Origin: an uncultured bacterium
GTDB lineage: Bacteria; Hydrothermota; UBA3073; NMUJ01; CBEVQO01
Direction: 5' to 3'
Length of the DNA: 64,000 bases
NCBI GenBank assembly: GCA_965552055.1
Contig: CBEVQO010000001.1
Span: 320,001-384,000, forward strand
Shown: positions 31,406 to 41,976 of the stretch, piece by piece
How positions within the stretch are numbered: the stretch's first letter is position 1
How the letters are laid out: each line of letters starts with the position of its first letter
The notes under the pieces: generated by a model
Seen by the model: the letters and a program-made list of their open reading frames with translations, nothing else
Database searches by the model: none
What the model was told of the DNA's origin: nothing
Position numbers and translations under genes: made by a program

Positions 31406-32557
31406 ATGAAAACCATAATTCTCAAAAATCCCTGTAAAAAACTTGTTAATGTATTAATAGGTATAAAAGTCGGCTGGAGACATGAACCAGAAGGTAAAAA
31501 AGGCATTAGCCATTTTACAGAGCACCTCATATTCGAAGGAAACGAAAATTATCCAGAGCCCGATAATTTTGCAAAAAGTTATGGGATAGAAATCGATGGA
31601 ATGACTCTTTTTGAAAACACACTTTTCTATTTCACAGCAAAAAAGGAAAACTGGAAAGATATTTTTGAAATGCTTTTATCAATTATTTTTTATCCTTCCC
31701 TATCAAAGAAATTTAAAGAAATCAAAGAAAATGAAATACTAACAGCGATAATTCAGGAGTCAGATTATACTCCATGGGAACTCGCATACGAATGGGCGCA
31801 TAATCTTGTATTTGAAACGGATTTCAGAAAAAGTCTGGGAACAAAAGAAAATCTTAACTTAATCGAAGTTAATGATGTGAAAGAGTGGCATAAAAAATAT
31901 TATCACACAGAAAATAGTTTTATCGTTGTAAATGGTGATGTAGAAAAAGAAGAAGTTAAAAATCTAATATCAAAAATGAACTTACCGGATAAAGGAGAGA
32001 AACCAGAAATTCAACATGTTTTCTGGAAAGAAAAATGTAAAAAGATAAAACTTAACACTCATAATGTTGAAATGGTGTTGGGAGCAAAAGTTGATTATCA
32101 TCCGGGCTGGCAAATTCTTCTCGAAATAATAGGAGGATGTTCCCCTATAAAAGAAGAATGGAAAAATATTTTTGGGGAATACACCTATACAATGGAAACA
32201 AAATTAATAAATCATCTTGTTGATAGCGGTATATTTTTATACTTTGGTTGCACTTCTTATAAAAATGCAGAAAAGATAAGAGAAATTTTACCAGATTACT
32301 TGAAAAATATGCAAATTCATAAAGAAGAAATAGAACTTGCAAAGAAAAGAGTAGAAATTAAAATTTTGAATACCCTTGAAGACGGCGAAAATGCAGTATT
32401 GGAAATACCTTTAAAAATAAATCCAAGACTTCAATATATGGAACCCGAAAGATATTTAAATGAGATAAAAAGAGTTACTGTTGAAGAGATTGAAAAGTTA
32501 AAGGATAAATTATGCGCTTCTCTTAAGTATGTTGTTATGGTAGGGGCGGTATGCTAA
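31406..32557 (+). CDS. M16 family (insulinase-like) zinc peptidase
   Basis: GISHFTEHLIFEG inverted HxxEH motif, WHKKYY. Confidence 0.9.
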   Translation: MKTIILKNPCKKLVNVLIGIKVGWRHEPEGKKGISHFTEHLIFEGNENYPEPDNFAKSYGIEIDGMTLFENTLFYFTAKKENWKDIFEMLLSIIFYPSLSKKFKEIKENEILTAIIQESDYTPWELAYEWAHNLVFETDFRKSLGTKENLNLIEVNDVKEWHKKYYHTENSFIVVNGDVEKEEVKNLISKMNLPDKGEKPEIQHVFWKEKCKKIKLNTHNVEMVLGAKVDYHPGWQILLEIIGGCSPIKEEWKNIFGEYTYTMETKLINHLVDSGIFLYFGCTSYKNAEKIREILPDYLKNMQIHKEEIELAKKRVEIKILNTLEDGENAVLEIPLKINPRLQYMEPERYLNEIKRVTVEEIEKLKDKLCASLKYVVMVGAVC

Positions 32558-33279
32558 AAAATCATCAAGATGCACATGGACATGCTTTTATGGACTTCCT
32601 GAAGGGTAAAGGAGGGTTTGAGATAGTTGAGCGTGATGACGGATATTTTGATGTTTCAGGCGGACCTCATCTTTATTTTTCTGAATATGATGAATGGACA
32701 GAACACGAGAAAGAGGCGATGAAATATGTAAGGGGCAAAGTGCTTGATATAGGATGTGGTGCGGGAAGGCACGCTCTTTATCTCCAAAATAAAGGATTTG
32801 ATGTCCTGGGAATAGATATTTCGCCCTTGGCAATAAAAGTTTGTAAATTAAGGGGGCTTAAAAAGGCAAAAGTATTATCAATTACCCAAATAAGTTCAAA
32901 ACTTGGCAAATTTGATACAATTTTGATGATGGGGAATAATTTTGGATTGTTTGGAAATCCCAAAAGAGCAAGATGGTTGTTGAGAAAGTTTCATAAAATA
33001 ACAACGGAAAAAGGAAGAATAATAGCAGAGACAAGAGACCCTTACAAAACGGATAATCCCGACCATATAGCATACCATGAATGGAACAAAAAAAGAGGAA
33101 GAATGGCAGGCCAGGTAAGAATTAGGATAAGATATAAAAAATATGTAACGCCTTGGTTTGATTATCTTTTTGTCTCGAAAGATGAGTTAAAAGAAATTTT
33201 GGAAAATTCTGGCTGGCAGGTAAAGAAATTTATAGATGGCAAAGCAGGGCTTTATATTGCGATAATTGATAAAAGTTGA
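32551..33279 (+). CDS. Class I SAM-dependent methyltransferase
   Basis: VLDIGCGAGRH, GIDISP, FDTILMMGNNFG. Confidence 0.92.
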   Translation: MLKNHQDAHGHAFMDFLKGKGGFEIVERDDGYFDVSGGPHLYFSEYDEWTEHEKEAMKYVRGKVLDIGCGAGRHALYLQNKGFDVLGIDISPLAIKVCKLRGLKKAKVLSITQISSKLGKFDTILMMGNNFGLFGNPKRARWLLRKFHKITTEKGRIIAETRDPYKTDNPDHIAYHEWNKKRGRMAGQVRIRIRYKKYVTPWFDYLFVSKDELKEILENSGWQVKKFIDGKAGLYIAIIDKS

Positions 33280-33292
33280 TAAGCGCTTAGAT

Positions 33293-34045
33293 ATGGGTTT
33301 AAAATTTAAGCTTCTTAAAGGGAAGAAAGGCATCCAAAAAGTTTACAACATGATGGCGAAAGATTATGATAAATCAAAGTATTTATTCTGGACAAGGAAA
33401 TTTGAATATTTTGAAGAAAAAATAATTAAAAAATGGCTATCTGAATTTAAGGGAGTTGTATGTGATATTGGATGTGGCACAGGAAGATACAGTTTGAAAT
33501 TACTTCCCTATTGTGATAAACTAATTGCTCTGGATTTCAGCAAAGGGATGCTTACCATTTTAAGAGGGAAAATAAAATCAAGTAAAATCTCCGTAATAGT
33601 AGGTGATGGTGAAAATTTACCTTTCAGAGATGACTCAATTGATGGTATTATATGTACTTTGGCACTCGACCATTTTTCATCACACGAATCAGGCATTAAA
33701 GAATTTCACAGAGTTTTAAAAAATGGTGCAATGTGCGTAATTAGCATTTTCAATAGAAGAACCATGGAAGAAGTGCTAAAAATGGCGAAAATACCTTATG
33801 GATATATACCTTTTCGTACAGAAAATTGCCCGCCTGCTCTTATTGAGGAAAAATTTTTGTATCACGAAGAAGCAATTAAAATTTTATCAAAATATTTTAA
33901 AATTGTTGAAGTAAAAGGCTGTTGCTACTGGCATATATTCCCTTTTCCGCATTTTTATTTTCCCTTTTTAGATAAAATGTTTAATAGATTTAAGAAACTA
34001 ATAAAATTTGCCGAAATATTTACATTTAAACTGGAAAAAATTTGA
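33293..34045 (+). CDS. Class I SAM-dependent methyltransferase (UbiE-like)
   Basis: CDIGCGTGRY, LDFSKGM, GDGENLPF, RVLKNG. Confidence 0.9.
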   Translation: MGLKFKLLKGKKGIQKVYNMMAKDYDKSKYLFWTRKFEYFEEKIIKKWLSEFKGVVCDIGCGTGRYSLKLLPYCDKLIALDFSKGMLTILRGKIKSSKISVIVGDGENLPFRDDSIDGIICTLALDHFSSHESGIKEFHRVLKNGAMCVISIFNRRTMEEVLKMAKIPYGYIPFRTENCPPALIEEKFLYHEEAIKILSKYFKIVEVKGCCYWHIFPFPHFYFPFLDKMFNRFKKLIKFAEIFTFKLEKI

Positions 34046-34097
34046 ATCACCATTTCATTTTACCCTTGACATCTTATTTTTTCGATTATAATAAGTG

Positions 34098-34512
34098 ATG
34101 AAAGTTGTTTGTGATAAATTTAAAGGGAGGGTGTATGGGGTATTGATTTTAGTGCTTACTTTAGAGCTGGGAGCGAACTTTTTGCGATATAGACTTTATC
34201 AGTATAAGGTCCTGCTTTTTATGCTTTGCCTTTGGGATATGTGTTAATGTATGGAGTCTTACACGGTGTACCTATAGGTTTAGTGAATGGCACAGCTGTA
34301 TGGGAGCGGGAAAAATGCTAAATCAAAGGGGTAAATGGTGGAAAGCAACTTTAAGTGCGTCAATAGCAGCTACATTATGGGGATGTGCGCTTTATATAAA
34401 GACACTTTTCGGAGGACCTGATGATGCGATAGAAGTTACATGTTTGAAAATAGTAGAAACTGGATTTATCTTTGCCCCTTTATTTGCAGTTATCGGCTAT
34501 AATCTAAAATAG
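34098..34512 (+). pseudogene. Degraded small membrane-protein gene
   Basis: Promoter TTGACA-N15-TATAAT then short broken frames; hydrophobic 3' fragment (ORF 34300-34512). Confidence 0.35.
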
Positions 34513-34663
34513 GATTTTCTTTTTTAACTATAAAATAAGAGTGATGGGTAACACCTTCAGGATAGGTGCAAAAAAGAAAGGCAGGAAAAAGCCTTACACA
34601 GCTTCTGTTAGTTTTTCAGATATTATTTTCAAGATAAAGAGTAATTTGTACCCAGATTTTTAA

Positions 34664-35839
34664 TTACCAAGGGGTTTTATCTTTTTCTATGTCAAAAACT
34701 ATTTTGCCATTAATTATTGTCTTTTCTACTTTTGAGCGTACATCAAAAGGTTCTCCCGACATTATTACTATATCTGCATCTTTGTCTTCTTTTATACTTC
34801 CCACTCTATCATCTATTCCCAGGATTTCCGCAGGTGTAATGGTTATTGCCCTCAGTGCTGTATCTTCATCCAGTCCTTCTTTTACTGCAAGTGTTGCGCA
34901 CATCAAAAGATAATGAATACCTATAACATCATGGTCTGTTATGATACCAAATTTCACTCCTGCATCTCTTAAAATTTTTGCCGCTTTAAATGTTAGTTTT
35001 TGGGTTTCTATTTTTGATGGTGTACCCATTGTTGGGCCGAGCAAAACAGGTACTCCTTCTTTTGCTATGAAATCTGCAATTAAATGTGCTTCTGTTCCGT
35101 GCTCTATTACGATTTTCAAATTAAATTCTTTTGCTATTCTTATTGCAGTTGCTATGTCATCTGCTCTGTGTGCGTGAGCTCTTAGGGGTATTTGGCGCTC
35201 AATTACGGGTATCAAACTTTCGCAGAACAAGTCTTTATCCGGTGGTTTTTCATCTTTTTTCTTTGACCATTCTAAATTTTTCTTGTAATTCAATGCTTTT
35301 GTCAATGCTTCTCTAATAAGTGCTGCTACTCCCATTCTTGTATAAGGTGTGCGTTTTCTTTCCATTCCTGTATATTTTGGATTTTCTCCAAATGCTATCT
35401 TTATTCCAACTGGATTTTTAACAATCATTTCGTCCACTATTTTGCCTGCTGTTTTTATTGCGCAAACACTACCACCTATGGGATTTGCGCTACCGGGAGC
35501 AACACCGCATGTTGTAACTCCACCTGCACGGGCATATTCAAAGCCCTTATCATAGGGATTTATTCCATCAATTGCTCTGAAATGCGGACTCAGCGCTTCA
35601 TAATCGTTGTAATCCGCACCTTCTTCCCTTATGCCAACTTCACCTATCCCAATATGCGTATGCCCGTCTATGAATCCAGGTAAAATGTGTTTTCCTTTAG
35701 CATCAATAATTTCCGAACCTTCTGGTATTTCGACATCTTTACCTACTTTTTTGATTTTTCCATTCTCTATCAAAATTATTCCGTCTTCAATTATTCCATT
35801 TTCGATGGTATAAATTTTCCCTCCTTTTATTGCGAGCAT
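34664..35839 (-). CDS. Metal-dependent amidohydrolase
   Basis: PGFIDGHTHIG, KIAFGENP, RAHAHRADD, IEHGTE, ITDH, GSIKEDKDAD; start MLAIKGG with GGAGG RBS. Confidence 0.93.
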   Translation of the reverse strand: MLAIKGGKIYTIENGIIEDGIILIENGKIKKVGKDVEIPEGSEIIDAKGKHILPGFIDGHTHIGIGEVGIREEGADYNDYEALSPHFRAIDGINPYDKGFEYARAGGVTTCGVAPGSANPIGGSVCAIKTAGKIVDEMIVKNPVGIKIAFGENPKYTGMERKRTPYTRMGVAALIREALTKALNYKKNLEWSKKKDEKPPDKDLFCESLIPVIERQIPLRAHAHRADDIATAIRIAKEFNLKIVIEHGTEAHLIADFIAKEGVPVLLGPTMGTPSKIETQKLTFKAAKILRDAGVKFGIITDHDVIGIHYLLMCATLAVKEGLDEDTALRAITITPAEILGIDDRVGSIKEDKDADIVIMSGEPFDVRSKVEKTIINGKIVFDIEKDKTPW

Positions 35840-35847
35840 TTTGCCTC

Positions 35848-36273
35848 CTACTTTATGAAGTGAAGTATGCTCATAAATGTTGTGAGCCAAGCCAGCCCTA
35901 GCCCTATCATCCATTGAATAAAATTAAATCTTTTGTTCATATCTTCGAATCTTTTATTCATGTCTTCAAATCGAGCATTAGTTTGGTTTATTAAATCTTC
36001 GAATCTTCTGTTCATATCTTCGAAACGGGCATTTATTTGATTAACTAAATCTTCAAATCTTTTGTTCATATCCTCGAATCTCTTATCCATTAAATGAATC
36101 ATCTCTTCGAACCTTTTGCTCATCGTATCTATTATCAGTTTTTGATTTTCCATTAGTTGCCTTATTTGTTCTTCTATTCGGATAACCCGTTCCAGTAAAT
36201 CCCTGTATACCGTCTCCCTTAATTCTTCTCTTACAATCTCTCTGACTCTTTCTTCAGTTAACACATCAGCCAT
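35848..36273 (-). CDS. Coiled-coil repeat protein with C-terminal TM helix (DUF1640/Bdr-like), copy 2
   Basis: MADVLTEE start with RBS; RFEDMNK/RFEDLINQTNA repeats; WMIGLGLAWLTTFMSILHF. Confidence 0.8.
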   Translation of the reverse strand: MADVLTEERVREIVREELRETVYRDLLERVIRIEEQIRQLMENQKLIIDTMSKRFEEMIHLMDKRFEDMNKRFEDLVNQINARFEDMNRRFEDLINQTNARFEDMNKRFEDMNKRFNFIQWMIGLGLAWLTTFMSILHFIK

Positions 36274-36281
36274 TATTCCTC

Positions 36282-36869
36282 CTACTTTAAGAAGTGAAGA
36301 ATGCTCATAAATGTTGTGAGCCAAGCCAGCCCTAGCCCTATCATCCATTGAATAAAATTAAATCTTTTGTTCATATCTTCAAATCTTTTATTCATGTCTT
36401 CGAATCTTTTATTCATATCCTCGAACCTTTTATTCATATCCTCGAATCTTTTATTCATGTCTTCAAATCGAGCATTAGTTTGGTTTATTAAATCTTCGAA
36501 TCTTCTGTTCATATCCTCGAAACGGGCATTTATTTGATTAACTAAATCTTCAAATCTGGCGTTAGTCTGGCCAATTAAGGTTTCTAACCTTTTATTCATA
36601 TCCTCGAATCTTGCGTTAGTTTGATTAACTAAATCTTCGAATCTTGCGTTGATTTGGTTTATTAAATCCTCGAATCTCTTATCCATTAAATGAATCATCT
36701 CTTCGAACCTTTTGTTCATCGTATCTATTATCAGTTTTTGATTTTCCATGAGTTGTCTTATTTGTTCTTCTATTCGGATGACCCGTTCCAGTAAATCCCT
36801 GTATACCGTCTCCCTTAATTCTTCACGCACTATCTCCCTGACTCTTTCTTCAGTTAACACATCAGCCAT
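36282..36869 (-). CDS. Coiled-coil repeat protein with C-terminal TM helix (DUF1640/Bdr-like), copy 1
   Basis: Near-identical to downstream copy but with more repeat units. Confidence 0.8.
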   Translation of the reverse strand: MADVLTEERVREIVREELRETVYRDLLERVIRIEEQIRQLMENQKLIIDTMNKRFEEMIHLMDKRFEDLINQINARFEDLVNQTNARFEDMNKRLETLIGQTNARFEDLVNQINARFEDMNRRFEDLINQTNARFEDMNKRFEDMNKRFEDMNKRFEDMNKRFEDMNKRFNFIQWMIGLGLAWLTTFMSILHFLK

Positions 36870-37263
36870 TATTCCTCCTTTTTAATTTTCTGTTTAATCT
36901 TTTCCAGAAATCAATGGGATTTTCTGTTTTTACTTTTAAATTTTTGGCAAAAGTTTTAATTTCATTATCGCCTGATATAACAAGAATTTCCCCCTTTTTA
37001 TTTAGTTTCCTTCTTACAAATTCTTTTATAATATCGTCTGCTTCTTTTGGATAAGAATAAACGACTTTTACTTTTCCAATTCTTTCTTCATTTAAGCCAC
37101 ATAGATTTGCTCCATCGACTATTAAATAAATTTCACCTTTCAGGATTTGCAGATATTCATTTGCAAAATAATGGATTGCATCGTCTTTGCTGTATTTTTC
37201 CATATGCTCTCTTAACTCTTTTATTCTGTGGATTACATTATCCCCATCAATTATACAAATCAT
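36862..37263 (-). CDS. NYN/PIN-domain protein (YacP/Rae1-like)
   Basis: IIDGDNVIH, LIVDG, EADDII, VISGDNEI acidic motifs. Confidence 0.8.
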   Translation of the reverse strand: MICIIDGDNVIHRIKELREHMEKYSKDDAIHYFANEYLQILKGEIYLIVDGANLCGLNEERIGKVKVVYSYPKEADDIIKEFVRRKLNKKGEILVISGDNEIKTFAKNLKVKTENPIDFWKRLNRKLKRRNNG

Positions 37264-37880
37264 CAGTGTGTCAAAGCATACACCACAATATTTACTCCCA
37301 TTCTAAATGCCTGTTCGCGCTTATCAGGTGGGTCGTTATGCACTTCTGGGTCTGCCCAGCCATCCGATACATTCGATTCATAAGTGTAATAGACAACCAA
37401 TCTACCTTTGTAAAAGATGCCATAACCCCTGGGAGGTTTCCCATCGTGCTTGTGAATTTTCGGAGGTCCATACTTAAAATCATAAAAACAGTGATAAATT
37501 GGATGGTCAAAGGGTAGCTCAACGAGTTCCAATCCCGGGAATACCTTTTTCATAGCCTCTCTGAAATATTTATCCATACCGTAATCATCATCTGCATATA
37601 AGAAGCCGCCATTAATTAAGTATTCCCTTAAGCGCTTTGCTTCTTCGTCTGAAAAATTCACTTTCCCGTGTCCTGTCATGAAGATGAAAGGATATTTGTA
37701 AAGGTCAGGAGATAAAAGGTCAACAACTGCCTGCTCCGGTGCAACACTTATTCCTGTTCTCTTTGTTATTTCTCGTGCAAGGTTGGGAATGATGGAAGGG
37801 TCATTATACCAGTCACCGCCATCATATTTTAATCTCGCAATCTGCAAATCATAAGTTAACAGGAAAATTAAAATTGTCAT
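37263..37880 (-). CDS. DUF4159 domain protein
   Basis: RLKYDGGDWY, YPFIFMTGHG, GGFLYADD, AFRMGVNIVVYALTH. Confidence 0.85.
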   Translation of the reverse strand: MTILIFLLTYDLQIARLKYDGGDWYNDPSIIPNLAREITKRTGISVAPEQAVVDLLSPDLYKYPFIFMTGHGKVNFSDEEAKRLREYLINGGFLYADDDYGMDKYFREAMKKVFPGLELVELPFDHPIYHCFYDFKYGPPKIHKHDGKPPRGYGIFYKGRLVVYYTYESNVSDGWADPEVHNDPPDKREQAFRMGVNIVVYALTH

Positions 37881-38161
37881 CTTTTGTTTAAAATCTTCCA
37901 GCCAACAGGTAATGTGAAAGTGGCGAGTAATATTTTCAGAATATCACCGGGGATAAATGGATAAAATCCGAGTTGTAACACATTTTTGAAGCCCACAAAA
38001 AGTGCCAACCATGTCAAGCCCAAAATGTAGATAATAAGGTTTCCCGTAAGCATAGCGATTAATGTTTTTGTAATGAATATGCTACTGCAAAAAATTAGTG
38101 CTACATTATACCATAATTTGTATCGAGTTACTTTTCTAAGTAATACATCGGCGTAAGTCAT
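37877..38161 (-). pseudogene. bioY: Internally deleted biotin transporter BioY
   Basis: MTYADVL N-terminus and GNLIIYILGLTWL..GFYPFIPGDILK C-terminus present, central region absent. Confidence 0.7.
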
Positions 38162-38399
38162 CACTTAATTATACCTGTAAAACAAGTTTGTCAAGTTTTA
38201 ACAAAATTATTTTCTTTTATATGTTTTATGAAATACGGGTTAATTTCTTTTGGCGCTTGGTGCATCGTATCGTATGCGTGCCCTGCCTTTATCCTTGACC
38301 AAGTCCTCTAATGGACAACCAAATTTGAAGGCGGTCAGGGCTATATACTAAGGTATCGTTCAGAATCAGGCAATTTTACATCCTTCAAAAACTCCATCC

Positions 38400-38433
38400 C
38401 ATAAAAATCCACTTTTTTCATTTTACCCTTGAC
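38400..38433 (+). repeat. 34-bp element overlapping the -35 box of the hpt-ftsH operon
   Basis: Exact inverted copy of 20558-20591; partial third copy at 34053-34071. Confidence 0.9.
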
Positions 38434-38461
38434 TTTTTGAAAAATTGAATTAAAATAGAGT

Positions 38462-38974
38462 ATGAAAGTTTTGATAAAAAAAGAAGACCTGAAGCGAAGG
38501 ATAAAAGAACTTGCAAAGCAAATTTCAGAAGATTATCGTGGCAAAACTCCTGTATTTATCGCAATTTTAAAAGGAGCTTTTGTTTTCTTATCGGATCTGA
38601 TAAGAGAACTGGAAATAGATTGCATCGTTGATTTTATGGCTGTAACGAGTTATAATGGCTCAACAGAGAGCTCAGGAGCAGTTGAATTTTTAAAAGATAT
38701 AACAATGGATATTCAGGGAAAAGATGTAATAATAGTGGAAGATATTGTGGATACAGGGCTTACCCTTGATTACATCAAAAAAGTGCTTGAATTAAGAAAA
38801 CCTGCTTCACTTAAAATTTGTGTATTACTTGATAAAAAGAAAAAGCGAAAAGTTAAAATAGAACCCGACTATGTGGGATTTGAAATTGATGATGTTTTTG
38901 TAGTGGGATACGGATTGGATTTCGGAGAAAAATATAGAAACCTTCCAGAAATATATTGCTATGAAGAAAGATAA
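38462..38974 (+). CDS. hpt: Hypoxanthine phosphoribosyltransferase
   Basis: ILKGAFVF, IIVEDIVDTGLTL, FVVGYGLD. Confidence 0.96.
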   Translation: MKVLIKKEDLKRRIKELAKQISEDYRGKTPVFIAILKGAFVFLSDLIRELEIDCIVDFMAVTSYNGSTESSGAVEFLKDITMDIQGKDVIIVEDIVDTGLTLDYIKKVLELRKPASLKICVLLDKKKKRKVKIEPDYVGFEIDDVFVVGYGLDFGEKYRNLPEIYCYEER

Positions 38975-40823
38975 GGATAAAAAAGAATCGAAAAAAAGGA
39001 TATTACAGATTTTAAGCGGGTTTTTAACTTGGACTATCATTATAATAATAATCGGGGCTATTGTTCAATTGTATCAACAAAGAGAAATAGGTTATAAAAA
39101 ATTGAGCTTCACACAATTTTACAGCAAACTTGATAAAGGAGAAATCAAAAAAATATTTATAGAAGATGGTATCGCAAAGGGTATTTTTACAAATGGCGAT
39201 AAGTTTAAAACGGTAATCCCTATGGATGCAAAATTCATTGAGGAGTTAGCGAAAATGGGCATAGATGTAGAAATCAAAAAATCTGGTAATATATGGAAAA
39301 CGATTTTGCCTTATTTGCCTTTGTTCCTGCTTTTCTTTTTGTGGTTAGCATTACTGCGTCAGGCACCACAGATGCCAACAGGAGCACTTACTTTCACAAA
39401 AGTAAAACCAAAAACTTCGGAAAATATACCAAAAGTAACTTTTAAAGATGTAGCAGGGGTTGATGAAGCAATAGAAGAGCTTAAAGAAATTGTTGAGTTT
39501 CTGAAAAATCCTGATAAATTTAAAAAAATAGGTGCAAGGGTGCCAAAAGGAATTTTGCTGGTAGGACCACCTGGCACAGGCAAAACCTTACTTGCGAAAG
39601 CCGTTGCTGGAGAAGCAGGAGTGCCTTTTTTCTCTGTTTCAGGCTCTGAATTTGTGGAGTTATTTGTAGGTGTTGGCGCTGCAAGAGTAAGGGACCTTTT
39701 TGAAAAAGCAAAGCGCAATGCACCTGCAATTGCTTTCATAGATGAAATTGATGCTGTTGGAAGACATAGAGGTGCAGGGTTAGGAGGTGGGCACGACGAA
39801 AGAGAGCAAACCTTAAACGAATTGCTGGTTCAAATGGATGGATTTGACCCCAATGAAGGCATCATCGTTATGGCTGCAACAAATAGACCTGATATACTTG
39901 ATAGAGCACTTTTGAGGCCCGGAAGATTTGATAGAAAAATCGTGTTAGACCTTCCGGATGTAAAAGGCAGAGAAGAAATTTTTAAAGTGCATTTGAGGAA
40001 AATAAAAGTTTCAAAAAATGTCGATGTATCAATCCTTGCTCGTTCAACTCCTGGTTTTTCAGGTGCTGATATTGCAAATCTTGTGAATGAAGCTGCTTTG
40101 CTTGCTGCAAGAAGAAAGAAGAACAAAGTAGATATGCAGGATTTCGAAGATGCAAGGGATAAAATTGTTATGGGAACAGAAAGAAAAATTTTGCTAAGCG
40201 AAAGGGAAAGAAAATTAATAGCCTATCATGAAGCAGGTCATGCTATCTGTGCCAAGTTCGAGAAAGAAGCTGACCCTGTTCACAAAATAACGATAATGCC
40301 AAGAGGAATGGCACTTGGAGCTACACAAAATTTGCCAACAGAAGATAGAAGGACATTTACAAAAGAATATCTAATGGCAACTATAACAGTTTTGCTTGGT
40401 GGAAGAGCGGCAGAAAAAATTGCGCTTAACACTATGACAAGCGGAGCAGGGAACGACCTTGAGAGAGCAACAGAGTTAGCAAGAAAAATGGTATGCGAAT
40501 GGGGAATGAGTGAACTGGGACCTATGACTTTTGGAAAAAGAAAAGAAGAAGTATTCCTGGGAAAAGAAATAGTACATCTAAAAGATTATTCCGAAGAAAC
40601 TGCAAAACTTATAGATGATGAAGTGCACAAAATTTTAACAGAATGCGAAAAAAGAGCAGAAAAAATAATAAAAGAAAATGAAGAAAAATTACACAGATTG
40701 GCAAAAGCTTTACTTGAATACGAAACCCTAACAGGAGAAGAAATAGACAAAGTTTTAAAAGGAGAAAAAATAGAGAAAAGAAAGAAAAATGGAGGTAAGA
40801 GAGTTAAATCTAAAAAAAGATGA
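38961..40823 (+). CDS. ftsH: ATP-dependent zinc metalloprotease FtsH
   Basis: Two TM helices, [25 protein letters not shown]. Confidence 0.98.
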   Translation: MKKDKDKKESKKRILQILSGFLTWTIIIIIIGAIVQLYQQREIGYKKLSFTQFYSKLDKGEIKKIFIEDGIAKGIFTNGDKFKTVIPMDAKFIEELAKMGIDVEIKKSGNIWKTILPYLPLFLLFFLWLALLRQAPQMPTGALTFTKVKPKTSENIPKVTFKDVAGVDEAIEELKEIVEFLKNPDKFKKIGARVPKGILLVGPPGTGKTLLAKAVAGEAGVPFFSVSGSEFVELFVGVGAARVRDLFEKAKRNAPAIAFIDEIDAVGRHRGAGLGGGHDEREQTLNELLVQMDGFDPNEGIIVMAATNRPDILDRALLRPGRFDRKIVLDLPDVKGREEIFKVHLRKIKVSKNVDVSILARSTPGFSGADIANLVNEAALLAARRKKNKVDMQDFEDARDKIVMGTERKILLSERERKLIAYHEAGHAICAKFEKEADPVHKITIMPRGMALGATQNLPTEDRRTFTKEYLMATITVLLGGRAAEKIALNTMTSGAGNDLERATELARKMVCEWGMSELGPMTFGKRKEEVFLGKEIVHLKDYSEETAKLIDDEVHKILTECEKRAEKIIKENEEKLHRLAKALLEYETLTGEEIDKVLKGEKIEKRKKNGGKRVKSKKR

Positions 40824-41976
40824 AGAAATAATCGAAGAATTAAAAAAAGTAGAAGTAGATGATGAAGCTTTTAAAATTTTATTACCAAAATTCAAATTAA
40901 AAGTTATAAAAGTATCTGGCATTTCATCTCCTGCTTTAAATATTTTGAAACAGGATGCACTCAGCTGTGGTGCGGATGTAGCTGTGCCAAAGTGGGCTGT
41001 GAAATGCGAAAAAGAAAAAGGAAACGCAATAATCACAGGAACAGAAGCACAATTGAAAAAACTGGTAGAAAAGTTAAAAAATCAACCTTTTAAACTTAAA
41101 AAACTCGCAGAAGAAATCGAAAAAATTTTAAAAAAAGATAGACTGAAATGGAAACTGAGAAAAAGAGAACTTGAGATGAACAGGACTTATATTTGTGGAA
41201 TATTAAATGTAACACCTGATTCTTTTTATGATGGTGGGAGGTATTTTGATGTAGAGAGAGCCATTGACAGAGTTTATCAGATGATAGAAGAAGGAGCAGA
41301 TTTGATAGATATAGGTGGTGAATCTACACGCCCGGGTGCAGAACCAGTAACAGAAAAAGAAGAACTAAAAAGAGTGATGCCTGTAATCGAAAAATTGAGC
41401 GGAATTGATGTGCCTTTATCAATTGATACATATAAAAGTAAAGTCGCAAAAGAAGCGTTATCCGCAGGGTGTGAAATAGTAAACGATATAAGTGGACTTT
41501 CTTTTGACGAAAAAATGAAAGAAGTGATTGCAGAGTATAAAGCAGGTTGCATAATAATGCATATAAAAGGAACACCAAAGGATATGCAAAAAAATCCCCA
41601 TTACGAAGATACAATCGAAGAAATAATAAATTACTTGAGAGAAAAAATAGAAATCGCAGAAAAAGAAGGAATAGATATCGAAAAAATAGCGATTGACCCA
41701 GGGATTGGATTTGGAAAAAGGAATCCTTATGATAATCTTTTGATTTTAAAGAGATTGAAAGAATTTAAGGCACTTTCTCGTCCCATTTTCATTGGTGTAT
41801 CCCGCAAATCTTTCATCGGGCTATGTACTGGGGCAAAAGTTGAGGAGCGCCTGCCGGGTAGCATTGCAGCAGCAGCTGTAGCTGTTATGAACGGAGCAAA
41901 TATAATTAGAACTCACGATGTTAAAGAAACAAAGCAAGCTTTAAAAATTGTTGACGAAATATTAAATGTGATATGA
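40789..41976 (+). CDS. folP: Dihydropteroate synthase with N-terminal extension
   Basis: GILNVTPDSF, DIGGESTRPG, IDPGIGFGK, SRKSF, RTHDV. Confidence 0.96.
   Translation: MEVRELNLKKDEEIIEELKKVEVDDEAFKILLPKFKLKVIKVSGISSPALNILKQDALSCGADVAVPKWAVKCEKEKGNAIITGTEAQLKKLVEKLKNQPFKLKKLAEEIEKILKKDRLKWKLRKRELEMNRTYICGILNVTPDSFYDGGRYFDVERAIDRVYQMIEEGADLIDIGGESTRPGAEPVTEKEELKRVMPVIEKLSGIDVPLSIDTYKSKVAKEALSAGCEIVNDISGLSFDEKMKEVIAEYKAGCIIMHIKGTPKDMQKNPHYEDTIEEIINYLREKIEIAEKEGIDIEKIAIDPGIGFGKRNPYDNLLILKRLKEFKALSRPIFIGVSRKSFIGLCTGAKVEERLPGSIAAAAVAVMNGANIIRTHDVKETKQALKIVDEILNVI

Noticed and set aside
35840..35914. Identical N-terminal extensions MDDRARAGLAHNIYEH on ORFs 34664-35914 and 35848-36348
   Set aside because: Alternative-frame read of the duplicated upstream gene ends; the true starts have RBSs at 35839 and 36273
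36862..37263. PIN/NYN protein as a toxin-antitoxin or CRISPR effector
   Set aside because: No adjacent antitoxin-like gene, far from cas genes, looks like a housekeeping YacP-like protein
38195..38399. Possible ncRNA or riboswitch upstream of the bioY fragment
   Set aside because: No recognisable family motif; reads more like a broken minus-strand coding remnant
20646..38433. tRNA-anchored integrative island or prophage
   Set aside because: No integrase, phage genes or duplicated tRNA 3' end (attR) seen
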